The position numbers and the translations under genes are program-made. Under the pieces are notes generated by a model. That model was not told where the DNA came from. It saw nothing but the letters and a program-made list of their open reading frames with translations, and ran no database searches. From contig NC_081397.1 of the NCBI RefSeq assembly GCF_030684315.1, forward strand, positions 5,270,001 through 5,334,000: a stretch of DNA of 64,000 nucleotides, read 5' to 3'. Shown here one piece after another: positions 38,960-52,939 of the stretch. This DNA comes from Stegostoma tigrinum. Taxonomy: Eukaryota. Numbering within the stretch: the first letter of the stretch is position 1; each line of letters starts with the position of its first letter.

Positions 38960-39550
38960 CATCATTGTATCCTCCACTATCAACATCCTGGAAGCTACCA
39001 TGAACCACAAGCTGAACTGGACTCGCCCAATAAATGCAGTGGCAACAAGAGCAGGTCTAAGGCTATGGATACTGCAGCAAGTAACTTACCTCCTGATTTC
39101 TCAAACCTGTCCAAAATCTCCAACATTTAAGTCATGTGTTAGTGCTGCTCCAACTGCATACGGCAAGTGAGATACTATCCATGAAAAAGCTGCTCCTGTT
39201 TAATTGGCACCACATTCACAAACATCCACTCTCTCAAACATAAAATTAGACAGCACCTTCCAAACCCACAACTACTTCCATCTTGAAAGACAACAGCAGT
39301 AGGTTGACGGGAACAGCATGATCTGCAAGATCTTCTCCAAGCCACTCACCATCCTGACTTGGAGATATATTGGCCATTCAGCCTGTGTCAATCCGTGAAA
39401 ATCCTGCAATTCCCTTACTACCGGCAATGTGGGTCGACCTACAGCTCAGAGATTGCAATGGTTCAGGAAGGCAGTTCACTACCACCTTCTGACACGCATT
39501 TCAGGAGGGCCAATCAATGCTCAGACCAGTCAGTGATGCCCACACCTGGC
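38960..39550 (+). mobile_element. CR1/L2-group LINE 3' fragment (second family)
   Basis: KLNWTRPINAVATRAGLRLWILQQVTYLL. The same family occurs at 55260-55760(-), 60375-60785(-) and 62790-63220(+). Confidence 0.7.
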
Positions 39551-39689
39551 ATTTTTTTTTCTTTGAAAAGTCTGCATCATTCTTGCCCAGTAACAAAGAC
39601 TGTCCAAATTCTCTTAAAACATCCAGTTGTGAAACAAAGCATAGACTGGTTCATCATTTTGAATAGCATCTATGTACTGCTTGCAAAAA

Positions 39690-40150
39690 AGACCTTGACA
39701 TTCCAGTTGCCTGACACTTTAATACACCACCTCGTTCCCAGTCCAACATCTCTGTCTCTGTCTTGCTGTAGAGTTCCATTGAAGCTCAACACAAGCTAGA
39801 AGAACAACACCTCGTCTTCCACTTGGGGACCCTGCAGCCTCCAGACTTAATATCGAGATGAATAATTTTTGTGCCTAAACTCTACCCCTCACAAGGCCTT
39901 GTTACCACATACCCTGCCATTATCCACCACCTACTGTCAGTCACTAATAGTCCCCATTAACTACTATTCAACCTCCCAGCCTGATCGTCAACAACTCTGA
40001 CCAAATGTTCTTCTCTCTGTTAGGCTCTATCCTATCATTTATTCCAAACCCCATCACACTCTCCTTTTGCTTCTGTATATAAACTGACGTTTCCCCGGCC
40101 ACCATCAATTCTGCGAAAAGGTCACTGGATCCAGAATGTTAATTTTCTTT
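39690..40150 (+). mobile_element. Old PLE 3' fragment
   Basis: KLEEQHLVFHLGTLQP remnant (~39793-39840) and a decayed hammerhead at ~40111. Confidence 0.65.
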
Positions 40151-40184
40151 CTTTTTCCTTTGAAGATGCTTCCACACACAAAAC

Positions 40185-40620
40185 CCCTCCAGGGCATTTG
40201 GTCCAACAAGTCCCCATCGCCCCTCTGAAGAGCAGACCAAGACCTATTCCCCTACCCTTTATATCTCGTGCTTAACCCACCTAACCTAAACATCCCTGGG
40301 CACCACGGGCAATTTAGCACAGCCAACCCGCCTAGCTTGCACACCTTTGGACTGTGGGAGGAAACCGGAGCATTCAAAATTATAGTCTAACGTTTATTCT
40401 ATATGAAAACAGGAATGTAGTTTATATGAGCAGATCAAAACATTAGCATGTAGTTCACATTTATGCACCTAATTTGCAGCAAACTTCATAGAATCATCAT
40501 ACAATCCCTACAGTGTGGAAACAGACAATTCAGACCAACGAAAAGCCCACACCGACCCTCTGAACAGCATCCCCTCCAGACACATTGCACTGCCCTGTCC
40601 CTTTAGACACACACAACCCA
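40185..40620 (-). mobile_element. HE1-type SINE fragments
   Basis: gggcaatttagcacagccaacccgcctagcttgcac..tttggactgtgggaggaaaccggagc, with a second tail at 40505-40620. Confidence 0.75.
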
Positions 40621-40623
40621 GAG

Positions 40624-40996
40624 CAGCGCATGCGTGAGGCCCTCCCCCTGCGCTGCCATTGAGAAGCATTTACTCAGTGAGTGGAAGAGGTTTGTTTGAA
40701 ACAGGCCGCAATGGAGAGACCAGCGCCCAGGGAAGCGAGGGAGCAGCAGGCTCCTTCCGGCAGCGCATCGAGATGTGAGTCTGGGACACAGAGGGGGGCT
40801 CCGAGACCGGCATTGATTCGGGCTCAGTTCAGGGAGAACCGGGGGCTGTTGGGAAGAGGCCGAGCGGAGCAGGAACTGGTCCCGGAACTTGGAGAGAGAG
40901 CGGCCTGGGGGCGGGGAGAGAGAGGCCTTTCTCGGGCTGTGTGTGGGCCTGCTGAGGGAGACACAGCGGCAAGAAGCTGCTGGGGGTCAGTCTTGT
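40624..40996 (+). promoter_or_regulatory. GC-rich promoter/exon-1 module, copy C
   Basis: One GCGCATGCGTG site, GCTGCCATT, ATG at 40711 and donor AT|GTGAGT after 40774. Confidence 0.65.
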
Positions 40997-41268
40997 GGTA
41001 TTTTTTATCCTCTCAGCACTGATGGAAATTCATCGATTAGCTTCTGTTTCACGCTGTTTTTAGATACTGTGCCGTGAACAGTGGAAATATTGCCAGACTT
41101 TCTGTATAACAAGGTGTAGAACTGGATGAACACAGCAGGCCAAGCTGCTTGTCCTGCTATGTTCGTCCAGCTCTCCGCCTTGTTATCTCGGATTCTCCAG
41201 CATCCGCTGTTCCTATTATCTCACATTTTCAGGGTTTTACAGGAAGCGTGTATTCTCTCTTCCTCCAG

Positions 41269-41350
41269 GCAAATACTTGAAGGACCTGGATGTTACCATA
41301 TTTCCTCGGTAGAAAGCCATGTGTGACTAGCTGCTTCTGACAATCAGCAG
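41269..41350 (+). other. Exon-2-like segment, copy C (82 nt)
   Basis: attctctcttcctccag|GCAAATAC...CAGCAG|GTATGT. Confidence 0.6.
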
Positions 41351-43714
41351 GTATGTAGCCCATTGACATTGACACCGGTTTTGAAGATGGATAGACTGAA
41401 CGGTCATCTGGAACAGACACTCGGGAACAGCATTAAATCTGCACTGACTAAGGGCATTTTCAAACTTACAATCAAGACAAACAAATAGATCATGCTGTAA
41501 CATAGTGGCAACAGCCATACCTCAGTTCAGTGCAGAAATGGGAAGAAACTGCTCACTGAGAGGACAAGAGTTACTAAAATGGATGAAACACGTTTATATG
41601 AAGCTTATCAGTAAATGAGAAGCTTATCAGGAAATGAGAAGGACAGAATTAATTCTTTGTGGAATAATTCTAACCCTCTGACTCACACACACACACACAC
41701 ACTCTCTCACTGTCCAAAGGTGCATGTTGCAATATGGAACAACAAACGTTCTGTATACGCTGCAAATCATAGAAAATGGTACATTCAAAGTGATCTCCCC
41801 AAACAACCTCAAGTTATAGAAGTCTGCAGCACAGCAAAAGGCCCTTTGGGTCTGCGCCAATGAAAAACAGCTAACAACACTAAACCCAATCAGTCAGCAT
41901 TCTATTTCTACGAATGTATCGAGGCTGCAGAGGAACTGCTGTCCCCACCCTTATCACAACATTATTCTCCATTTCTTCACCTTACAGGATTGAACATTGC
42001 TTTTAATTTTTCCTTCAGTCCAACAAGAAACATTGTACATCTCCTTTCATTTTGTTTTCAAATTTCTACAAAGGGTTTGAAGTTACTCTCGACCTTCCCT
42101 AGTACACTCATGTTAGTTTCCATGTTCTTCTCTGTTGGATGCCAGTCACATGAGCAAAATTTGGAATAAACGTTCAGACCAGGGACTGACCAATCTAGAA
42201 TAAACGCACAATCAGAGACTGACAAAGGGAGAAATGCCTTCACTTTTAGGCCCTGACTCTGAGGGGATTAGATGAAGACTCATTCATGTTGAGCAGCAGA
42301 GATTAGAAAAATCAAACACACTCCTGCAACTTCTGAAAGTGATGTGTTCATTTTAAAAAGATACTCATGCACTGTGAAATACAATGACAAATAATGAGAA
42401 GCAGATTGACAGATAATACCAGAGACTGAATAAAGTACTGATGAAAACTCACTTCATCCATGCTGACATTCTGGTCAAGAGACTGAGAAAGAGTGGACAT
42501 GTTTCTGCGAGAGTCAATGTATGAAAAAGCTGTTTTACAGTACATGAATCACACCTTATGAGGAGTATCAGATCATGACATGACATGAGCTAGAAACACA
42601 AGGAGACATACAGAAACAGTCAGTGTGACATGAATCAGTAACAGTCTTTAAAGATATATTGACGAGGAGCATGCAAGAAAACTCGCTCACAGCCAGTCAT
42701 TGAATGACGAAAGGAAGATAATGAAATTTATCCTTACACAGATTTCCAGATATGGACAAATGTAAACTGATGCACAAACTCACCAATCACAACAGAGAGG
42801 AGATTTGATGTTCGATGTTTATTTGTTACATTGTCTAGTTATGATTGACAAAGTCCACTGTGCACTCAAATTAAAACAAAAAAAACTGAGATTGAATGCA
42901 ATGAAATTAAGCCTCACTGGTAAGGACAAATGTCAGTGCAAAATTAATCCCTCAATCATACAGGGTCAGTGAATATCTGTAGAGTTTATGCTGCATTCAG
43001 ATACAAAACCACAAATGAACAGGAAAGGAAAATGAAATCCATATACAGCACCTGAGACTGTTGCAGACATCGCAAAGCTGGCACTCCAGCTATTCAAAGG
43101 CTGATAACTACAGAATTAATGTCAAGTTGGCACTACCAGATAGACACTAGGAGTGAGTGGAAGAAGCTCACATTCTCACCAACTACTGGAAACTAGTATG
43201 CAGAATAGAATGTCCCAGTGCAAGCACAATGGGCAGAATGGTCTACTTCTGCACTGCACCTCATCCTGGTGATGAAGGAAATGACATTCTGTTGTTCAGA
43301 GCATTAGTATAAATATATAACGTAGAAATAGACAGATAGTTGCAGAACATAACTCTCTTTATTGAAAGAGCACTAAAAATGTCCAACAGAAAATGAATCT
43401 AAATACCTCATTGATACTACGGAACCCAGAAAAAAGATCCCGTACTGACACACAGAACCAGCATTCGGGACGTGCGGTACTGAAAACCGACACTCAGCAC
43501 GCAAACTAGAAAACGTGTTACTGATTCAGAATGGTTCTCAAAGGAAAGCAGCCCCACTTCTATGACCCCTCCTAGATCCTGCCAACTGACAGTAAAGGTA
43601 GAAGTCACAAAATGCAGAAGAGATTAATAGCCTGTCTGGACACCTTCATAGCGATATCAGAATGTATCTCTCAGTCAAAGAGAATATTACTGGTTGCCAA
43701 AGAATCAAGACACA

Positions 43715-46275
43715 TTGATACACAACAGTAAAAACTGACAGGTACAGATTGATATCTATGAAGACTCGTTGACATTCCAGAAACAGACAAAAGAAAGCTA
43801 ATGTTGAAACTCGCATTCACATGGCAGGAACTGATGGGTACAAATTTTTCATGACATTCGTATTCAAACAGCAGGAAATGACAGGCAAGGACTGATCATT
43901 TTTCTTGCCCATTTGCACAGCATAAACTGACGAGGAGAGAATGATAAATTTATTTCCACATTCAAAACCCAGAAACTGACAGGTACAGGTTGATAATTGA
44001 TAACTAATAACTGACAGGGAGTGGTGGAGACATGTGCTCACACATTTATGTTGCAAATACTGACATGAAGAATATTATTATTCGATGCAAATTCACAGAG
44101 TAATAACTGACAGGTACACATTGAGCAAAGAACCTACCTCTGACGTCTCCCCGATATCTACCTCCTTTCACTTTAAAACCATGTCCCCTCGTCAAAGCTA
44201 ACTCCACTCCTCTATCTCTACCTCTGTTCATTTTGTACACCTCTATGCTGTACCATATCTGTGATTCTGATTTCGATGAGAAACGAGCCGTTGTGTTGGT
44301 AGGCTCATTCAGAAGGTCAGGAGGAATGGGATACAGGGGAACTTAGCTGCTTGGATACAGAATTGACTGGCCAACAGAAGACAGCGAGTGGTAGTAGAAG
44401 GAAAATATTCTGCCTGGAAGTCAGTGGTGAGTGGGGTTCCACAGGGCTCTGTCCTTGGGCCTCTACTGTTTGTAATTTTTATTAATGACTTGGATGAGGG
44501 GATTGAAGGATGGGTCAGCAAGTTTGCAGACGACACAAAGGTCGGAGGTGTCGTTGACAGTATAGAGGGCTGCTGTAGGCTGCAGCGGGACATTGACAGG
44601 ATGCAGAGATGGGCTGAGAGGTGGCAGATGGAATTCAACCTGGATAAATGAGAGGTGATGCATTTTGGAAGGTCGAATTTGAAAGCTGAGTACAGGATTA
44701 AGGATAGGATTCTTGGCAGTATGGAGGAACAGAGGGATCTTGGTGTGCAGATACATAGATCCCTTAAAATGGCCACCCAAGTGGACAGGGTTGTTAAGAA
44801 AGCATATGGTGTTTTGGCTTTCATTAACAGGGGGATTGAGTTTCAGAGTCGTGAGATCTTGTTGCAGCTCAATAAAACTTTGGTTAGACCGCACTTGGAA
44901 TACTGCGTCCAGTTCTGGTCGCCGTATTATAGGAAAGATGTGGATGCTTTGGAGAGGGTTCAGAGGAGGTTTACCAGGATGCTGCCTGGACTGGAGGGCT
45001 TATCTTCTGAAGAGAGGTTGACTGAGCTCGGTCTCTTTTCATTGGAGAAAAGGAGGAGGAGAGGGGACCTAATTGAGGTATACAAGATAATGAGAGGCAT
45101 AGATAGAGTTGATAGCCAGAGACTATTTCCCAGGGCAGAAATGGCTAGCATGAGGGGTCATAGTTTTAAGCTGGTTGGTGGAAAGTATAGAGGGGATGTC
45201 AGAGGCGGGTTCTTTACACAGAGTTGTGAGAGCATGGAATGCGTTGCCAGCAGCAGTTGTGGAAGCAAGGTCATTGGGGTCATTTAAGAGACTGCTGGAC
45301 ATGCATATGGTCACAGAAATTTGAGGGTGCATACATGAGGATCAATGGTCGGCACAACATTGTGGGCTGAAGGGCCTGTTCTGTGCTGTACTGTTCTATG
45401 TTCTATATTAGTGATGCCACAGATCTCACATTCTCTCACCATATCAGAAATGTGTGACCATTCATCAGAATGGTTCTCAGAATAAAGCAGTTCCCCTCCT
45501 ATTATCACCCCATGTCCTCAACGTCTCCATCCCCTCACCTACCACATGGACTGACACTTAACTCATAAATCACGCAATGCAGAAGAGATTAAGACGCAGC
45601 GTCAACATCCTAACAATAACTATCACAGAGTGAATCATGAAGTTACAGAGAATAATACTGGCTTTCAGAGAACTAAGCCATTTTGATAAACGAGGAGAAA
45701 CTGACATGTACAGATCAATAACTAAACCCATTTGTTCATATTGAAGAAGCACACAAACCGATGATGATGACACATTTACTACAATGTAAATATGTGACTA
45801 TCGTTATCAGTCTCTTTTGGTTTCTGCTAATTTCAGTCAGGCATTCACACTGCAGTAACTATCAGGGAGAGATTAAAAACTACATTCTCACTGACAAAGC
45901 TAAAACTGACAGTCATAATGATAACTACATTCCCAGTTTCACAGAGCATAAAGTGATAAGTACAGTCTGATAACTAGACTCTCCTATTCACAGAGCAGAA
46001 TCTCACAGACATATATTGGTAACAGCACTCACATTCACGAAGCAGGAACTGAGAGGTATATTTTGATAAGAACATTTACAAATTGCAAGACAGAAACAGA
46101 GAGGCATACATTGGTAACTGTACTCATGCTAACGCAGCAGAAACTGACAGATACAGGGTAATATTGTCTCTGTTAATTCACAGTGCAGAAACTAACAAAG
46201 AACAGACTGGTAAATATACTCACCCATTGACTTTGGTGAAACTGGCAGGTATATATTGATAACTGTATTGATTAT
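43715..46275 (+). repeat. Degenerate ~48-bp minisatellite blocks (43715-44120, 45540-46275) flanking a CR1
   Basis: Repeated gaaactgacaggtacag.ttgataact units. Confidence 0.7.
44305..45405 (+). mobile_element. CR1 LINE 3' part (young, 5'-truncated)
   Basis: SGVPQGSVLGPLLFVIFINDLD..SKFADDTK, an in-frame TGA at ~44649 and a tgttctatgttctat tail. Confidence 0.95.
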
Positions 46276-46279
46276 ATAT

Positions 46280-47140
46280 AAATGATTTGGAGTTGGGTGT
46301 TGAGGATAAAATCTCTAAATGTGCAGTTGATACTAAGCCAGGGAGAAGAGTGAATTGTGAGGATGACACTGAGTGACTTCACAGGTACATTGACAAGTTG
46401 GCCAAATGGGCAGAGACCTGGCAGATAAATTTCAATGCAGACAAAATATGAGCTTGAGCATTTTGCTAATAAAAACACAGAGAGACAATACAAGCTTAAG
46501 GGTACAACTTTGAGGGGAGTATTGAGCAGAGAGATCTTGGGGTTCATGTGCATTATTCTCTGAAGGTGGCCAGGCAAGTTGACACAGTTGTGAAGCAGTT
46601 TCAAAGGATCTTTGAGTTTAAAAATAGAGACATTGAGTCTGAAAACAAGGAAGTAATGCTACATCTCTACAAGTCATTGCTAAGACCACATTGTTCAGAC
46701 TGTGTTTGTTCTCAGTTCTGGGCACCTTACTTAAGGAAGAAGTCTCTGGGGAGGGTCCAAAGGAGATTACTAGAATGACAGCAGGAATGAAAGATTTTAC
46801 TTACATGAAAAGATTAATGAAATCAGGCTTATTCCCCTTGGAGCAGAGAAGATTACAAGGAAACTTTATGGACGTGTTCACAATTATGAAGAATTTTGAG
46901 AGAGTGAAGTTCAATACTCTGTTTCCACTATGTCAGTAACCAAGGGTCACAATTTCAAGATTGTCACCAAGACAGCTAGGAGTGAGATGAGGAGAAAAAT
47001 CTTTACTCGGAACGTTGTTCGGATTTGGAATGTGCTGCCTGGGAGAGTGGTGGAGGTGGATTCCATATGAGGTATGAAAAGAGAGCTGGATATATGTTTG
47101 AAAATGATGAACTTAGACGCTAATTTAGATAGATCTGGAG
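46280..47140 (+). mobile_element. Old CR1 LINE fragment
   Basis: LKVARQVDTVVK, LYKSLLRPH and LEQRRLQG motifs. Confidence 0.8.
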
Positions 47141-47229
47141 AACAATTCTGCCTAGAATTATTGCCAGCTCACCACAATTAAAAAAATAAATGCAGAGTCA
47201 ATTCAATTCATTGGCTAATCTGTTCTGAC

Positions 47230-48600
47230 CCACTGACCAGGACATCAAATGGATACTCAAGCTGGGAATGGACAGCACAAAATCTCAAATCCCTGCCATC
47301 AAGGGTCCGCTGGGTGAAGACATTTGTCCCCATCTCAGTCCTTCCCTGTCTCCTTTAGCCTGTGACTGCCTGATTCTGGACTCACGCACCCTCGCCTTAT
47401 ACTCTGGCCATCAGCAACACCTGTGTTTACCACTGTTTAGTCCTGTTAAAATTTTATAGATTTTTGTGAGATGACCCCACATTCTTCTAAACTCCAGTGA
47501 ATATAATGCTAATCGATCCAGCCTCTCCTTATCCATCAGGCCTGCCATCCCAGGAATCAGTCTGGGAAACCTCGGCTGCATTCCCTCCATAGCCACGGCA
47601 TCCTTCCTCAGAGATGGAGACCCCAAACTGCACACACAATACTGCAGGATGAGGTCTCTCCCTGTACAATTGCAGCAAGACAGCCCTGCTCCTGGACTCG
47701 AACCCTCTCGCTATGAAGGCCACCGTCCTGTTGCCTTCTTCACCGTCTGCAATGCTCACTGTCAGTGACTGGTGTACAAGGTACTCCCAGGTCTAATTGT
47801 GCCCCCGCATCCCTATCTGTCACCTTTCGGATAACAATTTGTTTTCCTGGTTATGCTCCCAAAGCAGATAACCTCTCGCTGATCCACATTAAACTGGATG
47901 AACCATTTCTGTGTCAAGTCTACAAGCTGGATATTCAGAGGAGGTGGGTGGTGAGCGCACAGGCACAGAGGGGGCAGACAGTGAGCATGGGGGACAGAGG
48001 GGCTGGGTGGTGAGAATAACACTTTATCTGGAAGGCAGTGAGAGTGTACAGGATGAGCTGTGAACATCTGGGGTTATTACACAGACCAATTCCTCTGAGA
48101 AACGCACACCATTGGAACAAGCCTAAAACTGACGATGATGAATGTTATTTCTCTGTACTCTGAACAGGGCGTGGCCAGCTCTGCCAAGGTGGCAATGGAT
48201 GCCAATCTCAGAATGTCCTCCGACAGATTGCCTTCATGCCGAGCAAGTGAATGAGATGTCCGCAAAGCGGACATTATTCTCTGAAGAGTAAAGTGCAGAG
48301 CGGACCAGGTAAGAACGGCAGATTTCGCTCCCAAAAGGGCCATCAGAGACAGGAATGGAAAGAGGCCATTCAGCCCCTCGAGCCTGCATTCTGTTGGACT
48401 GTGGCTGATCCACCATTCCTCGTGTCCACTTTCCTGCCCATTCCTTTGATTCCCTGGCTGATCAAGAATCTATCAATCCCAGCCTTACATCTGCCTCCCC
48501 CCGATGCAACAAATACACATGTTCGCTGTGGCAAGAAGTTCCAAAGATTCCTAGCTCCCTTAGAGAAGAAATGCCTTCTCATGTTAGTCTTCACAAGTAA
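47230..48600 (-). mobile_element. Old CR1 fragments
   Basis: FPRLIPGMAGL..ERLDRLALYSLEFRRMWG (47411-47635) and RRHFFSKGARNLWNFLPQ (48370-48702). Confidence 0.7.
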
Positions 48601-48854
48601 ACCAGATGGTTCTTTGTTCCTGACAATGTTCATCATTAAAATCTCAACTCCAGATCTGCTTTGTTTAAAGTTGAATTCAAAATCCATTACCTGCCACAGC
48701 AAGATTCAAATTCAAGTCCTCAGTGTACCCCTTGGACATCTGACAAAATTACCTCCCCATTAGTTTAGAAATTGAAAGTGAATCTCATCAAAGTGCAGTG
48801 CTCAGATCAGAATAAATTGACCCACACCGTTGAGCTAAACATTGACAGTAGTGG

Positions 48855-49102
48855 ATTCCCCACAGTGTAGAAGTAGGCCATTGGCCCATCAAGTCTCTAC
48901 TAAACTACAAGGAACATCCCACCCAGACCTGCGCTGCTACCCTGTCCCTGTAACCATGCATTTCCCATGATTAATCTCCCTAATCTACACACCCCTGGAC
49001 ACCACCGAACCTGCACACGTTTAGACCAATGGGAGAAGCCTGGAGCACCTGGCGGAAACACACAGACAATATGAGGCAGCAGTGCTAAGCACTGAGCCAC
49101 CA
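48855..49102 (-). mobile_element. Degenerate HE1-type SINE
   Basis: Minus strand ggtggctcagtgcttagcactgctgcctca head and ccgccaggtgctccaggcttctccc. Confidence 0.75.
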
Positions 49103-49250
49103 ATGTTTTTGCCATGTAGGGCTTGATTGTCTGGTCGTGCTGAAAGCGCGGGGTTCAGTTCCTGCACTGGTTGAGATTGCTGTGAATGATCGTTCCCCTT
49201 TGCCTTAGATGTGGTGACCCACAGGTTAAACAGTAAAACAGTTGTTGTTG

Positions 49251-49253
<3 letters not shown>

Positions 49254-49290
<37 letters not shown>
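49254..49290 (+). repeat. (CT)n microsatellite
   Basis: Directly visible. Confidence 0.95.
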
Positions 49291-49700
49291 GCAATGAGAC
49301 AACAGTGACTCGACATTAACCACATGCTAAAACATAACTTTGCTGATTAAAAATTATCTGCCAGCTTTTTCACTGCAAAATAACTTGAGTGTTTCCCGCC
49401 TGATGCAATATCACAGTGACGGGTAAATAAAGGACACTTTAATGACAGAATGTATCTGAAAGCACTGGGAGAGGGTGTAGAGGCAGACTTACCAGGATGT
49501 TGCCTTAGACGCTGGAGAGTGTCAGTGATGGAGAGAGATTGGAGAGATCAGGGTTGTTGTCTTTAGAGCAGAGGAGATTGAGAGGCTGGACATGAAGGGG
49601 ATGTATCAAATGATGAGGGACCATAGATTGTGTAAGCAGGAAGAAACTTTTCCTCCTTGATGGAGGGACCAATGAGGGAAAACACTTCCATCCAGAGGCT

Positions 49701-52636
49701 AATAGAATGTGAGGCTGGATGAACACAGCAGGCCTAGCAGCATCTCAGGAGCACTCAAGATGACGTTTCGGGCCTAGACCCTTCATCAGAGAGGGAGATG
49801 GGGTGAGGGTTCTGGAATAAATAGGGAGAGAGGGGGAGGCGAACCGAAGATGGAGAGAAAAGAAGATAGGTGGAGAGGAGAGTATAGCTGGGGAGGTAGG
49901 GAGGGGATAGGTCAGTCCAGGGAAGACGGACAGGTCAAGGAGGTGGGATGAGGTTAGTAGGTAGGAGATGGAGGTGCGGCTTGGGGTGGGAGGAAGGGAT
50001 GGGTGAGAGCAAGAACAGGTTAGGGAGGCAGAAACAAGTTGGACAGGTTTTGGGATGCAGTGGGTGGAGGGGAAGAGCTGGGCTGGTTGTGTGGTGCAGT
50101 GGGGGGAGGGGACGAACTGGGCTGGTTTGGGGATGCGGTGGGGGAAGTGGAGATTTTGAAGCTGGTGAAGTCCACATTGATACCATATGGCTGCAGAGTT
50201 CCCAAGCGGAATATGAGTTGCTGTTCCTGCAACCTTCGGGTGGCATCATTGTGGCACTGCAGGAGGCCCATGATGGACATGTCATCTAAAGAATGGGAGG
50301 GGGAGTGGAAATGGTTTGCGACTGGGAGGTGCAGTTGTTTATTGCGACCCGAGCGGAGGTGTTCTCCAAAGCGGACCCCAAGCCTCCGCTTGGTTTCCCC
50401 AATGTAGAGGAAGCCACACCGGGTACCGGTGGATGCAGTATACCACATTAGCAGATGTGCAGGTGAACCTCTGCTTAATGTGGAAAGTCATCTTGGGGCC
50501 TGGGATAGGGGTGAGGGAGGAGGTGTGGGGGCAAGTGTAGCATTTCCTGCGGTTGCAGGGGAAGGTGCCGGGTGTGGTGGGGTTGGAGGGCAGTGTGGAA
50601 CGAACAAGGGAGTCACGGAGGGAGTGGTCTCTCCGGAAAGCAGACAAGGGTGGGGATGGAAAAATGTCTTGGGTGGTGGGGTCGGATTGTAGATGGCGGA
50701 AGTGTCGGAGGATGATGCGTTGTATCCGGAGGTTGGTGGGGTGGTGTGTGAGAACGAGGGGGATCCTCTTTGGGCGGTTGTGGCGGGGGCGGGGTGTGAG
50801 GGATGTGTTGCGGGAAATGCAGGAGACGCGGTCAAGGGCGTTCTCGAACACTGTGGGGGGAAAGTTGCGGTCCTTGAAGAACTTGGACATCTGGGATGTG
50901 TGGGAGAGGAATGCCTCATCGTGGGAGCAGATGCAGCGGAGGCGGAGGAATTGGGAATAGGGGATGGAATTGTTGCAGGAGGGTGGGTGGGAGGAGTTGT
51001 ATTCTAGGCGGCTGTGGGAGTCCGTGGGCTTGAAATGGACATTAGTTACAAGCTGGTTGCCTGAGATGGAGACTGAGAGGTCCAGGAAGGTGAGGGATGT
51101 GCTGGAGATGGCCCAGGTGAACTGAAGGTTGGGGTGGAAGGTGTTGGTGAAGTGGATGAACTGTTCGAGCTCCTCGGGAGCAAGAGGCGGCGCCGATACA
51201 GTCATCAATGTACCGGAGGAAGAGGTGGGGTTTGGGGCCTGTGCAGGTGCGGAAGAGGGACTGTTCCACGTAACCTACAAAGAGGCAGGCATAACTGGGT
51301 CCCATGCGGGTGTCCATGGCCACCCCCTTAGTCTGTAGGAAGTGGGAGGAATCAAAAGAGAAGTTGTTGAGGGTGAGGACGAGTTCAGCTAGGCGGATGA
51401 GGGTGTCGGTGGAGGGGGGCTGGTCGGGCCTGCGGGACAGGAAGAAGCGGAGGGCCTTAAGGCCATCTGCATGCGGAATGCAACACAACCCTCACACCCC
51501 GCCCTCGCCACAACCACCCAAAGAGGATCCCCCTCGTTCTCACACACCACCCCACCAACCTCCGGATACAACACATCATCCTCCAACACTTCTGCCATCT
51601 ACAATCCGACCCCACCACCCAAGACATTTTTCCATCCCCACCCCTGTCTGCTTTCTGGAGAGACCACTCTCTCCGTGACTCCCTTGTTTGCTCCACACTG
51701 CCCTGCAACCCCACCATACCCGGCACCTTCCCCTGCAACCGCAGAAAATGCTACACTTGCCCCCACACCTCATCCCTCACCCCTATCCCAGGCCCCAAGA
51801 TGACTTTCCACATTAAGCACAGGTTCACCTCCACATCTGCCAATGTGGTATACTGCATCCACCGGTACCCGGTGTGGCTCCTCTACATTGGGGAAACCAA
51901 GCGGAGGCTTGGGGACTGCTTTGCAGAACACCTCCGCTCGGTTCGCAATAAACAACTGCACCTCCCAGTTGCGAACCATTTCCACTCCCCCTCCCATTCC
52001 TCAGGCGACATGTCCATCATGGGCCTCCTGCAGTGCCACAGTGATGCCACCCGAAGGTTGCAGGAACAGCAACTCATATTCCACTTGGGAACACTGCAGC
52101 CCAATGGTATCAATGTGGACTTTTCCAGCTTCAAAATCTCCCCTTCCCCCACCGCATCCCAAAACCAGCCCAGTTCGTCCCCTCCCCCCACTGCACCACA
52201 CAACCAGCCCAGCTCTTCCCCTCCACCCACTGCATCCCAAAACCAGTCCAACCTGTCTCTGCCTCCCTGACCTGTTCTTCCTCTCACCCATCCCTTCCTC
52301 CCACCCCAAGCCGCACCTCCATCTCCTACCTACTAACCTTATCCCACCTCCTTGACCTGTCCCTCTTCCCTGGACTGACCTATCCCCTCCCTACCTCCCC
52401 ACCTATACTCTCCTCTCCACCTACCTTCTTTTCTCTCCATCTTCAGTCCGCCTCCCCATCTCTCCCTATTTATTCCAGAACCCTCACCCCATCCCCCTCT
52501 CTGATGAAGGGTCTAGGCCCGAAACGTCAGCTTGTGATCTCCTGAGATGCTGCTGGGCCTGCTGTGTTCATCCAGCCTCACATTTTATTATCTTGGATTC
52601 TCCAGCATCTGCAGTTCCCATTATCACTCACACATT
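49701..52636. mobile_element. Head-to-head inverted PLE insertion inside a CR1 fragment
   Basis: Minus arm 49701-51478 (RT with FLRYIDDCIG, plus GIY-YIG) and plus arm 51479-52636 (GIY-YIG). TSD catccagaggct at 49689-49700 and 52637-52648. Confidence 0.93.
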
Positions 52637-52939
52637 CATCCAGAGGCTTGTGGGGACCCTGCAACTCGATACTTGTGAAGATGGGAGAGGCAAAAACCCT
52701 CATCACATTGAAGAAGGATTTTGATGTGCACTTGGGATGCGTTGGCAATGGGCTGGGTGCTGGGGAAATGGAATTAGAGAATAATGAAGTGGTTGTTTTT
52801 GACTGGTACAGACTCAGTGGGCTATTTTTCTTTTTGTGCTGTAGACCTCTTCAACACTGTGACTAGCTCACTTTGAGATATTTGTTCTACATTCACGATA
52901 CTATCTAGATATAAGGTGATTTTTTTCCATTTCATTTTT

